From NCBI GenBank assembly GCA_031411295.1, contig JANOAV010000001.1, forward strand, positions 1-58,708: a DNA stretch of 58,708 nt. The letters are read 5' to 3'. How positions within the stretch are numbered: the stretch's first letter is position 1; each line of letters begins with the position of its first letter. The notes under the pieces are model-generated. The model did not search any database. It saw nothing but the letters and a program-made list of their open reading frames with translations, and was not told the origin of the DNA. A program made the position numbers and the translations under genes. The stretch comes from Verrucomicrobiales bacterium. Lineage in GTDB: Bacteria > Verrucomicrobiota > Verrucomicrobiia > Verrucomicrobiales > V1-33. Below are positions 26,717 to 35,972 of the stretch, one piece after another.

Positions 26717-27544
26717 TTAATCTGCAATGACGACTTCCGCCGCTGCGGTTACCACTGCTTCTTCAGCGGGAGTTGGGCCGGGGCCATCACGGCGTGGGCC
26801 GCGGTTGTCGCCACCACCACCACCACGACGATCACCACCGCCACCGCCTTCACGACGGGGACCACGCGCGTTGCGGTTGTTCTGCTGGGTGCGGGCGTTG
26901 TTGGCTTCTTCTTCTGGAGTGAGTTCTTTTTTGTTCACCCAGCATTTGATGCCGATGATGCCGTAAACGGTGCGGGCTTCTGCGAAACCGTAGTCGATTG
27001 GCGTGCGGAGGGTTTGCAGAGGCACTTTGCCTTCCTTATACCACTCAGCCCGGGCGATGTCAGCGCCACCGAGACGACCAGCGCAACGAATCCGAATCCC
27101 GAGGGCTCCGAATTCCATGGCGATCTGCACGGAACGCTTCATGGCGCGACGGAAGGAGATCCGGCGTTCCAACTGTGTGGCGACGTTCTCCGCGATGAGT
27201 TGCGCGTCGAGTTCAGCGCTCTTGATTTCGAAGATGTCGATCTTGACTTGCTTGCCGCCGGTCATTTCGGAGATCTCCTGATTCATCTTCTCAATTTCCG
27301 AACCTTTACGACCGATCACCAGACCGGGACGAGCGGTGAAGAGGGTCACACGAACGCTGTTCCAAGCGCGCTCAATGACGATCTTGGAGACGGCCGCAAA
27401 CATGAGTTTGGCTTTCAGGTAGTTGCGGATTTTGAGGTCCGCATGGAGGAAACCAGGGAAGTCTTGGCGGCTCGCATACCATTTAGAGCGCCAGTCTTTG
27501 GTGACTGCGAGACGAAAGCCGATTGGATTTACTTTTTGACCCAT
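26717..27544 (-). CDS. rpsC: 30S ribosomal protein S3
   Basis: MGQKVNPIGFRL, RPGLVIGRKG, GRLGGADIAR, VPLQTLR. Confidence 0.98.
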   Translation of the reverse strand: MGQKVNPIGFRLAVTKDWRSKWYASRQDFPGFLHADLKIRNYLKAKLMFAAVSKIVIERAWNSVRVTLFTARPGLVIGRKGSEIEKMNQEISEMTGGKQVKIDIFEIKSAELDAQLIAENVATQLERRISFRRAMKRSVQIAMEFGALGIRIRCAGRLGGADIARAEWYKEGKVPLQTLRTPIDYGFAEARTVYGIIGIKCWVNKKELTPEEEANNARTQQNNRNARGPRREGGGGGDRRGGGGGDNRGPRRDGPGPTPAEEAVVTAAAEVVIAD

Positions 27545-27581
27545 AATTTAGGAAAGGTTCGGAATGTTGGAGGGGTGGAAA

Positions 27582-28097
27582 TTATTCGGCTTTTTTGGGA
27601 GCTTTTTTAGCAACGGCCTTCTTGGCGGCGGCCTTTTTGGCTGGTGCCTTCTTGGCAGCAGCTTTAGGAGCTGCGGCGGCTGGAGCGATCTTGGCGTCAG
27701 CCTTGGCTTGTGCGTTTGCTCTGGCCTTGGCGTTCTTGGTTTTGTCAGGGCCGTTGGTGGCTTCGTTGCCGTCCGTCAGGATGATCTTGATGTGCGTGGT
27801 GGGCTTGCGAATCACGCCAGCGGAACCACGAGCCATTGGCTTCATCCGTTCAAAGGCAGGGCCCATGAGGCAGACGGCTTCTTTGATAATCAGGGAATCA
27901 GCATCCAGTTGGAAGTTGTGCTCGGCATTGGCGATGGCGCTTTTCAGCGTCTTGCCGACGAGACGGGCTGCCTTCCGGGGAGTGAAGTTGAGGATGGTCA
28001 AGGCTTGGCTGACAGGCAGGCCTTGAATTTCTTTGGACACGTCACGCCCTTTCATGGCGGACAGTCGGACGTATTTGGAGATGGCAGTAACTTCCAT
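27582..28097 (-). CDS. rplV: 50S ribosomal protein L22 with Ala/Lys-rich C-terminal extension
   Basis: MEVTAISKYVRLS, KTLKSAIANAEHN, PMARGSA..IRKPTTHI; tail AAAKKAPAKKAAAKK. Confidence 0.95.
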   Translation of the reverse strand: MEVTAISKYVRLSAMKGRDVSKEIQGLPVSQALTILNFTPRKAARLVGKTLKSAIANAEHNFQLDADSLIIKEAVCLMGPAFERMKPMARGSAGVIRKPTTHIKIILTDGNEATNGPDKTKNAKARANAQAKADAKIAPAAAAPKAAAKKAPAKKAAAKKAVAKKAPKKAE

Positions 28098-28117
28098 TGG
28101 GGTGGTTTCCTGGGGGC

Positions 28118-28951
28118 TTATTTGTTTGGTTCGATCTTGATGGTGTCGCCAATAACAACGGATTCCGTGGCAGGCTCCGTGGTCGTGACGAGGATTCCGG
28201 TGAGTTGCTCGCGACAATCGACAATGACGCCATCGGCAACCGGGCGGTCTTTGCGAATGAATTTAATGGGCATACCCAAACGGAGTCCGCTGAGTTTTCC
28301 CGCATTGATGACGGCCAAGCCGAGATCAGTTTTAAAACTTACGACTTTGGCATCGCCCAAGGCGACTGGAGTGGCGGTGTTGCTGTCTTGGGTCTTCTTG
28401 AGGGCCTGGCGTCCTTGGCTGAGGGCCGCTTCCAATCGCTCACGATTCGCGGCATCACTGGATTTCAAGTAGCCGAGGGCGGCCTCGGAAAGGTTTACCA
28501 GTTTCTCGGTCAATTCTTGTTTCCCTTGTTCGGCCAGGCGGAAGTCATTCACGGCGTCCAACAGACGAGTCTGGAGTGAACGTTCGTCCCCTTTGAGGGC
28601 CGCCACTCCCAGCGCTTCCATCTGCAGGCGCATCCGGGAATAGGAATCTTTTTGCTGAGCGGCCTCAGTATTGGCTTGGGCCAAGCTTTCGGATAAATTC
28701 TGTGCTTTCAGTTTTAGGGCCTCGACCTGGACTTCGAGCTGCTTCATTTTATCCACGGCAGCTGCGGTGGTGAGGTCCTGCGCTTTTTTCTCAAGGTCTT
28801 TGGCAGGCTTCTCGATAGGCTGCACTGGAGGGATCACATCCTGCGCCTGGGATAGATTGCCCACGGCACAGGCAGCCGCAATCACCAGCACCGCAGTGGC
28901 TGCGGCCACGCGGTGAAGTCGGGAGATTGAGAATGGAAGCTGAATTGCCAA
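28118..28951 (-). CDS. Exported coiled-coil protein with C-terminal beta domain (start uncertain)
   Basis: Hydrophobic signal-like segment, long heptad region, VINAGKLSGLRLGM tail; 20 bp from rplV. Confidence 0.7.
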   Translation of the reverse strand: MAIQLPFSISRLHRVAAATAVLVIAAACAVGNLSQAQDVIPPVQPIEKPAKDLEKKAQDLTTAAAVDKMKQLEVQVEALKLKAQNLSESLAQANTEAAQQKDSYSRMRLQMEALGVAALKGDERSLQTRLLDAVNDFRLAEQGKQELTEKLVNLSEAALGYLKSSDAANRERLEAALSQGRQALKKTQDSNTATPVALGDAKVVSFKTDLGLAVINAGKLSGLRLGMPIKFIRKDRPVADGVIVDCREQLTGILVTTTEPATESVVIGDTIKIEPNK

Positions 28952-29017
28952 GGGATTTAGAATTTTGTAGAAAACGGTGTGTGCCCGGTGCCACAAGCAC
29001 GAGGCGCGGGAAATAAA

Positions 29018-29076
29018 AGCTCCGGTAGTGGCGGAGAAACCTTGAATTTTCAAGTTTCTACCGTGCTTCCGGAGCT
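29018..29076. other. Long imperfect hairpin upstream of the coiled-coil gene / rplV block
   Basis: AGCTCCGG..AGAAAC-CTTGAA / TTCAAG-TTTCT..CCGGAGCT nested pairing. Confidence 0.55.
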
Positions 29077-29238
29077 ATTTTCCTGCTTTCTCGAGGCGAT
29101 GAAATGAGGGGTGAATGAACCTCATGACGGGGCGGAAAGGGAGGCGGAATCTAGGCATCCCCCGGTGGTGCGCAAGGAGAATTTCTTTTTTTTGAAAGTT
29201 CATTTGGTTTGTTCATATTAATTAAAAGGATGATCTGA

Positions 29239-30486
29239 TTATTTTAGCTTATCTAGAGGCAATATCTGGGAGCATGGAAGTGCTGCTACGAGCGCGATTA
29301 GGCCGGATACGTCGGTATTGAAATTCCGCTCCTGGTTTTTGCCACCCGGGTGCCAATCTGCGGGGAATTGGCCGGCTTCGTTGCTCGGGAAATTCAGCAA
29401 CGCGGTGGACGAGTGGGTGATCGTGGTCGCGATTTTGGAAGCGATCTCGGGTTGGGATTTGGCTTGTAGCAAGGCATCCCGCACCTGCCCAAGGTAGCGG
29501 GCGAAGATGCCTTTGAAGAGACAACCATCCCAGCCGTTCGTTCCGAGTCGCTCTTGGATAATCCCGTCTGCGGTGACCCACCCCCCGTGTTCCAGCATGT
29601 GAAGCGCGGTGCGACCAACCAGATCCAGCAAAGCACGATCCCGCTTGAGTTCAGCGTAGGCCAGTAATCCGCCGAGATAGGTGCCTTGATTATAGCTCCA
29701 GTAATCCTGCTGAGTGCCGGGGCCATCCACTACCCCGGTGCCGTCGTAGAGCTTCTGCTCCTGAATCCAACCGTAAACCTTCCCTGCCCACTGCGTATAA
29801 CTCTCTTGGCCGGTGTAGCTGGCGAGCCGGGCGGAGAGGATCAGGAACAGGTTATTGGTAATGGCATTGGGCTTTTGTTTATCCGGCTCCAGACACCAGA
29901 GCACTCCGCCGCCCAGGTCCGGCCTCCAAGCCTTGGCCATGTGCGCGTGGATCGCCTTGGCCGTGAGGAGAAATTTCTCCTCCTTGGTGCGTTCGGCCAT
30001 CTTGAGCCAAGCGATGCCCCACCAGCCACTATCATCCATGTATTCGTTCCTGAATTCAGAATCATCCGCGGACTTGGGTTGCTTTCGCTTCAATTTCTCT
30101 TCGTCGTCTGGAGACCACGAACCGCGTCGTTTCAGCTCAGCCACTACGAGCGGCCATTTGGCCAGCGGGGTCCGGTGCAGGTCGTGCATGGACGTTAACC
30201 ACGCGTCGTAATCCTTGCGCCCGGAGGCATTCATGAAGTCAACCATCGCTTCCACCGCATTGGCCGCCGACCACCAGGGAGGATTCACGCGCCCTTCAAA
30301 ATGGGCCCTGAGATCGTCCCCGGAGCGGTCCAACCACAACTTCAGCGTGGGAGAACCGTAGCGCTGATCCAGGCCTTCGAAACCCGCTGCAATCCGCGCA
30401 CGCTCCTCCAGGGGAGCGCTGACCAGCGTGCCAGTGCAGAGAACGAGCAGCAAGTATTTCCAGAACGTGAGGTCAAGAGTCATCAT
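29239..30486 (-). CDS. Glycoside hydrolase family 76 (alpha-1,6-mannanase-like)
   Basis: EYMDDSGWW catalytic DD, GGGVLW, NAITN, WSYNQG, LFKGIFARYL. Confidence 0.9.
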   Translation of the reverse strand: MMTLDLTFWKYLLLVLCTGTLVSAPLEERARIAAGFEGLDQRYGSPTLKLWLDRSGDDLRAHFEGRVNPPWWSAANAVEAMVDFMNASGRKDYDAWLTSMHDLHRTPLAKWPLVVAELKRRGSWSPDDEEKLKRKQPKSADDSEFRNEYMDDSGWWGIAWLKMAERTKEEKFLLTAKAIHAHMAKAWRPDLGGGVLWCLEPDKQKPNAITNNLFLILSARLASYTGQESYTQWAGKVYGWIQEQKLYDGTGVVDGPGTQQDYWSYNQGTYLGGLLAYAELKRDRALLDLVGRTALHMLEHGGWVTADGIIQERLGTNGWDGCLFKGIFARYLGQVRDALLQAKSQPEIASKIATTITHSSTALLNFPSNEAGQFPADWHPGGKNQERNFNTDVSGLIALVAALPCSQILPLDKLK

Positions 30487-30699
30487 GGCTTCGGAGTAAT
30501 GGCCTGCGGAAGGTAGCGCAACCGATGTTCGTCAATTCACTGCCTCCCCCATTGGCTAGGTCCTTTGGGGAACCGGGGGAACTGGGAAAAACGGAAATTT
30601 TGCCCACATTTGCTCGACAAGATCCGCTGGAGCGGTTTTAATCTGGACAGGCCGCTTCCCTCCCCGAAGCTATACATTAAGTGCTCTGAGTGAATTAAC

Positions 30700-31596
30700 G
30701 TGAACGTGAAACAAACATCAAAGCAAATCATCTGGTTTGGCCTCGTGGCCCTGAGTATGGTGACCACGTGGGCTCAGGCGGATGAAGCAACCGATTTCAC
30801 CTCCCCGCCGCCGGTCTCTTGGACCCGTTTCAATCCATTGGGTGCGGCCTCGTTCGACTTCAGTGGTGGCTTGGCCCGACTCAGTAGTCCAGCCCCGCCT
30901 GCCTTTGCTTACGGGATCTATGGGCCCGCCCGCCTCGCCTTGTTCGCCACCGCGAGCTATACCCAGACGGTGGTCTCGGTGGATCTTGTGGCATGGAGTG
31001 CGGATCGGAACGTTCCAGGGATTATCGCGCGGGCAGGAAATTTGGGGTTGGGGACGACGCGTGGATACTCCTTCGGCTTCATTCCGTCCACGGGGGCGGC
31101 AGCCATCCACCGCGTCACGGGAGAATATCCCACGGTCATTTCTCCCATCATTACGATGCCAGTTATCCCCGGGCAATCCTATCGCATGGTGCTCGTCTGC
31201 GCAGGAAATGTCATCACTGGACGGGTCTTCAGCTTGTCGAATTTAGCAGTTCCCCTCGTTGAAGTAATCGCCACGGATGCCACCTATCCCTCCGGCCTCA
31301 CTGGCATTCTCAATTCGACTGACCAGCTTGGGGCCATTGATGCTACCTTCGACAATTTTCTCGCTTGGGACGGAACCCCTGCCCCGCTCGCAGTAACCAC
31401 CGGAGAAGAATCCATGCGGATCAGCACCTCGCTCATGCGGAGTCTGGCGACGAATCTCGAAGCCACCGATGATCTAGCACAGCCGTGGTCGAAGGTTTTT
31501 CCGGATGTTAGTATCAATGGCTCCCAGTTGGTAAACGAAGTGTCCACCCTGCTGCCTCCACGCTTCTATCGGAGAAGGCTTCTGGGTGCGCCTTGA
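30700..31596 (+). CDS. Secreted beta-sandwich protein of unknown function
   Basis: Signal peptide; lectin-like ATFDNF strand; C-terminal LEATDDL..W..RFYR module. Confidence 0.7.
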   Translation: MNVKQTSKQIIWFGLVALSMVTTWAQADEATDFTSPPPVSWTRFNPLGAASFDFSGGLARLSSPAPPAFAYGIYGPARLALFATASYTQTVVSVDLVAWSADRNVPGIIARAGNLGLGTTRGYSFGFIPSTGAAAIHRVTGEYPTVISPIITMPVIPGQSYRMVLVCAGNVITGRVFSLSNLAVPLVEVIATDATYPSGLTGILNSTDQLGAIDATFDNFLAWDGTPAPLAVTTGEESMRISTSLMRSLATNLEATDDLAQPWSKVFPDVSINGSQLVNEVSTLLPPRFYRRRLLGAP

Positions 31597-31691
31597 TCAG
31601 TCGCAGCGGACGGGGACGAGGATCGGAACGCGAAGGAATGCTAGCCAAAAACTAGAGCCAGTTCAACGCCGGTCGGCGTCTGTTCAATGGC

Positions 31692-34559
31692 CTATTTTTC
31701 CTCCACTAGAACGGTGGCATCGCCCGAGAGTTCCAGCGCAATTCTGCCGTTGGCATCCGCCTTGGCCTCGGAGGCTTTGGATCCGCCAATGGTTACCCGC
31801 CAGGTCTTCTCAGGCGCACTCCCAGCCAACACTAACGTGTGCTTTGGCCTGCGTTCCTGCACGGCAAATTTCGCTTTGCGCGCGGTTAGTTCCTGCCACT
31901 GAATCTCCCCCTGACTGCTTTCCAGATGCAGTCTAGGCGTTGGTTTTTGCGCCATGACCAACTGTGACACCGGATCGCCCTTCGTGTGCACATACAGCAC
32001 TTCCCCCACCACCCGATAGCCCACGACTCCTCGGCACGCTGCCAGATCTGGCGTGCCCGCAGTTGCCGGCAAACGGAAGGTGCGTTGATGGCCTTGGTTC
32101 ACCAGGGTCCACGCGGCAGGTCCAGTCTGGTAAATCCTCGTGCCGTAGCTGTCCCGGGCAATCTTGGCATACTCCAGTGCGGTGAGACTATGCAGGGGCT
32201 GACTCAGTGCCCAGTCATGAATTTTCTCCAGCGCCCTTAAGGAACCCAGTGTGACGGCACTGTAGAAATGATAGTAAATATTGACTGGCTTCAATCGTCG
32301 TGGTTGTTCCGTCTCCTCAAATGTCTCCAACACCTGCGCAAAACCACCGTAGTAAGGTCCGGTCCAGTTCTTCGTGTAAACAAATTCATTCTGATTAGCC
32401 GCGTGAATCTGCAATTCTCCATCCCACGGCATCACTCGAGGACTAACGTTGGAGAGAAATGGATGACGTTTGCTCATGACGGTATTGCCACCATTCATAT
32501 TCTCCACGCCCAGCTCCCGGCATAGTTTCAGCGCTTCGACGGAGGGCCGACAGTTGCCGGACCACAACATCAACTCCACCTTCTTGCCAGGCGGGCAGAG
32601 CCCTTGAATATAGTCAATGGAGCCTTTCACTTCCCGCTCCATCACTGGGCGTTCTACGTCGTAGTTTGCCTCCGGCTTCAGCTCCAGACCCCGATTCTCA
32701 TACAGCGGAATGAACTCCACATCATGATCGATCCAAACATAGGGATGGGAAAAGGAATGGCTCGCAGCCAGCACGTTGGGCAAGGCCAGACACGCTTTGG
32801 CTACCGCTTCGTAGTGGGGCACGTCTTGCTTGTCCTGACCGATTTCCCAGCCCCGCATCGAAGCCTCGACCAGCGATACGGTGATCGGGAAGGGGTATTT
32901 CTTCAGGATCCGATCACGAATAATCGCTCCGCAAATTTCATCACCGGCATGCCCCGTCACCCCGCAGAAGCCGTCGCCATCGATGTGACTGTAGAAAATG
33001 CGCTGCCCATCCCGCGTGGTGGGATCGGGTGCGGGAAATTGCCCGCCCGGAAAGATCCTCTGGAGAAATTTGAAGGGATCGAACAGCGATGCCTGATCTT
33101 CCGCACTGGCTTGGAACGTAGCGTATGGATCCAGCAACGCTCCGCCCCACTCACAGGTATAAATGGCATCAAATAACAATTTATTAGCGGCCTCGTCCGT
33201 GCAGGCCACAGAGACATCCACCTGCGCACCTTCCGGGGCTCGGCTATCCTCAATTTCCGCCGGATGGGGCACCAGCGTGGCCTCATAATTCATCACGTCC
33301 CGATTCACCTTCCGCAACTCCACCTTCTCCGGATGCGGCACCTGGGCATACGAACCCCAGACCTTGAGCCCTTGCAGTAACCGAATCCGCTGCACATCCT
33401 GCTGGAATGGATACTGCCCGGTAAACAGCACCTTCAGCCCGCGGGCCTTTTGCTCCAGAATCCAATCCACATACCAAGCCTCCCCTCCGAAAGGCAGCTT
33501 CGTTTCCACATCAAAGATGATGCCAGCATAGCGATCATCCAGGGCGGCGGGCGGGGAAAGCTTCCCCACGTTAACATACTCCACTTCATACCCCAGCCAC
33601 TCCAGCGGCATTTGCAGACGTTCTGCGGTGAAGGAGTCAGCGGCAAATTTCTCGGCCACCTCACTCTCCGCTAACACCGAGCCATAGATCACCAGAATCC
33701 GCCGGGCCACCCGTGTAATCGGTGCCAGGAGAGTTCCCTGAAGCTCCTTGGTCGTGATAAAGGGTTCTGCTCCCAGCTTGCGAATCTGTTCCGCCACACT
33801 CTGTGCCAACGCCGACTGTCCGCGCGCCACATAGTCCACCACATAGACTGGCAGGCCACTGGTCTTAATTTCCGCAATTTTCTGGAGCAGCGCCTGGTGA
33901 TCCTCCGCCCCCACCGGGGCATATTCCTCCTTGCCTTTGAAGGTTTGGAAGACGCTCTCAATCATTACTCCATCCACCGAACCACGGAGTTCCGGCAGCA
34001 GCGCAAAACCACGATTCAGCACGATCTCCTTGCCTGGAAACGTCGTCCTTAATTGCTTGATGAGGGCCACCACCGCAGCCGTCTGCGCTTTCGCCTTGTC
34101 CGGTGCAGCCTTGGCTAGCAAACTCAGGCTATCTCCGGTATCCAGGAAAAACCCATCGAACCCCTTCTCGATTGCGGGCCGCACTATTTCCCGGATCATA
34201 AACTCCGCCCAACCGGGAGCCAGCACGTCCATGCATTTGCTGTCCCATGCGGGATTGGCTTCGCGCAGGGGAATGCCTGCGGCTTTCAGTTTGTCCAGAT
34301 ACGTCGCATTTTTACTCACCTCCACCAGGCTCACATAAGCCAGAAACTTCCGTCCCATCGCGTGCGCGGGAGCCAAGTCCAACTTTGCATCTGGTTGGAG
34401 GATCGACATTTCGAACGCGAACAAATCACCTGGGTCCGGTTCATGGTGATAATTTACCTGAAAACTTCGAGCCTGCACGGCTTGCGAGCACATCAGAAAC
34501 CATGCGGGCAGCAAACGGAATATCCAGCGGAAATAAATCATCGTCCTTCGAAGTATCAC
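31692..34559 (-). CDS. pelA: PelA-like bifunctional glycoside hydrolase / polysaccharide deacetylase
   Basis: LAYVSLVE, GFDGFFLDTGDS, VLNRGF, PDPTTRDGQRIFYSHIDGDGF, ASHSFSHPY, WSGNC, NMNGG, LKPVNIYYHFYS. Confidence 0.85.
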   Translation of the reverse strand: MILRRTMIYFRWIFRLLPAWFLMCSQAVQARSFQVNYHHEPDPGDLFAFEMSILQPDAKLDLAPAHAMGRKFLAYVSLVEVSKNATYLDKLKAAGIPLREANPAWDSKCMDVLAPGWAEFMIREIVRPAIEKGFDGFFLDTGDSLSLLAKAAPDKAKAQTAAVVALIKQLRTTFPGKEIVLNRGFALLPELRGSVDGVMIESVFQTFKGKEEYAPVGAEDHQALLQKIAEIKTSGLPVYVVDYVARGQSALAQSVAEQIRKLGAEPFITTKELQGTLLAPITRVARRILVIYGSVLAESEVAEKFAADSFTAERLQMPLEWLGYEVEYVNVGKLSPPAALDDRYAGIIFDVETKLPFGGEAWYVDWILEQKARGLKVLFTGQYPFQQDVQRIRLLQGLKVWGSYAQVPHPEKVELRKVNRDVMNYEATLVPHPAEIEDSRAPEGAQVDVSVACTDEAANKLLFDAIYTCEWGGALLDPYATFQASAEDQASLFDPFKFLQRIFPGGQFPAPDPTTRDGQRIFYSHIDGDGFCGVTGHAGDEICGAIIRDRILKKYPFPITVSLVEASMRGWEIGQDKQDVPHYEAVAKACLALPNVLAASHSFSHPYVWIDHDVEFIPLYENRGLELKPEANYDVERPVMEREVKGSIDYIQGLCPPGKKVELMLWSGNCRPSVEALKLCRELGVENMNGGNTVMSKRHPFLSNVSPRVMPWDGELQIHAANQNEFVYTKNWTGPYYGGFAQVLETFEETEQPRRLKPVNIYYHFYSAVTLGSLRALEKIHDWALSQPLHSLTALEYAKIARDSYGTRIYQTGPAAWTLVNQGHQRTFRLPATAGTPDLAACRGVVGYRVVGEVLYVHTKGDPVSQLVMAQKPTPRLHLESSQGEIQWQELTARKAKFAVQERRPKHTLVLAGSAPEKTWRVTIGGSKASEAKADANGRIALELSGDATVLVEEK

Positions 34560-34596
34560 GCTCCGTGAGCCCTCGCAACGTGGAAATGATCACCCA

Positions 34597-35448
34597 CTAT
34601 TTCTTCCCGAGCTTCGTCTTTAGTTTACTCCAGAAGCCATCCATATCGTCGTCCTTCATGGCGGCGGCCTTTTGCTTGTTCTCCTCGGCCAGTTGTTTCA
34701 GTTTGTCGTTGAGTTCCTTCCGACGAGCTTCCTCCGAACTTACCTTGGGTGCCATGCGCGCAGGGACATCCACCTTGGGGGTGTTTTTGGCGACGGGTGG
34801 CGCTTCGGTGCCCGCCTCTCTCGGTTCATCGGGATTCGTGGCTCCAAAGGTGTCAACGGGCACGGAGACCATTTCGCCTCGGCCGCTCAAGCTACGATTC
34901 GCGGCAATGAAAACGCGGGGGCTGTAGTAGTTTGAGTAATCTTGAGCAAAGGAGCTGCGATTCATCCCGATGCGCAGATTCTTGCGAATTTCCAGGTGGA
35001 GGTGGGCGGCATAAATGCCATGGCAACTGCCGATGGTGCCGATCTGCTGGCCCCGCTTCACCACTTGATACATTCGCGCCTGGCGTTTGTCGAGGTGGCC
35101 GTAGAGGCTGTCCACATAGGCGATATTGCCCGTCTTATCCCTGTAGGCATGGCGCACAATGACAACGTTGCCCCAGCGGCGTTTGTAATCGTCTGAGAAC
35201 ACCACGACTCCGTCCGCTATGGCATACACAGGGTCTCCCAGATCCGTATCACCACCACCATTGCCGTTCCAGTCCTCACCCTGGTGACCGTTCGGCCAGT
35301 AGCCGCGGAAGATGTAATATCCCTTCGCATCCGGTTTGCCCACAGCTTGGTCAAAACCATCGGCCAAGGGCACTTTCACGGAATAGCCTGCGTGCGATAA
35401 AGGCACCCAGACGAACGCGCAGAGGAGTAGGAAACTCGCGAATCTCAT
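34597..35448 (-). CDS. M23 family metallopeptidase
   Basis: HQGED (HxxxD), YGHL, HLHLEIR; signal peptide. Confidence 0.9.
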   Translation of the reverse strand: MRFASFLLLCAFVWVPLSHAGYSVKVPLADGFDQAVGKPDAKGYYIFRGYWPNGHQGEDWNGNGGGDTDLGDPVYAIADGVVVFSDDYKRRWGNVVIVRHAYRDKTGNIAYVDSLYGHLDKRQARMYQVVKRGQQIGTIGSCHGIYAAHLHLEIRKNLRIGMNRSSFAQDYSNYYSPRVFIAANRSLSGRGEMVSVPVDTFGATNPDEPREAGTEAPPVAKNTPKVDVPARMAPKVSSEEARRKELNDKLKQLAEENKQKAAAMKDDDMDGFWSKLKTKLGKK

Positions 35449-35508
35449 ATGGTCAGCAAAAACGCACTTTTGCGAAGTTGAAAGGGGAAATATGCAGCGG
35501 ACGCGGAC

Positions 35509-35967
35509 TTACTTCAGTCCACCCAGTTTCCGGATAATTTTGAATTCCTCGTCGCTGACAGGAGTGATGCTCAGGCGATTGCCCTTTAGCAGGATCTTCA
35601 TTTCGCTCAGCCCCGGTTCCTGGCGCAGCATTTCCAAACTGACGAATTTTTTGAGATCCTGGGCCCAAGCCACATCAACCAATTGCCAGCGTGGGTTCTC
35701 CGGCGTGGCCTTCGGGTCCTCGTATTCGCCCCCGGGCTCGAATTGGGTGGGGTCTGCGTAGGGTTTACTGGCAATCTTCATGATGCCAGCGATGCCGGGT
35801 TCCGGACAACTGCTGTGGTAGAAGAACGCCAGCTCACCCATTTCCATGTCATCGCGCATATAGTTACGGGCCAGGTAATTACGCACGCCAGACCAAGGCT
35901 CGCGCTTGCGGGCTTTGAGATCCGCGAAAGAAAAGACGTCCGGTTCAGATTTGAAGAGCCAGGGCAT
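35509..35967 (-). CDS. EVE domain protein
   Basis: WLFKSEP, WSGVRNYLARN, FFYHS, RLSITPV. Confidence 0.93.
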   Translation of the reverse strand: MPWLFKSEPDVFSFADLKARKREPWSGVRNYLARNYMRDDMEMGELAFFYHSSCPEPGIAGIMKIASKPYADPTQFEPGGEYEDPKATPENPRWQLVDVAWAQDLKKFVSLEMLRQEPGLSEMKILLKGNRLSITPVSDEEFKIIRKLGGLK

Positions 35968-35972
35968 AAAAT

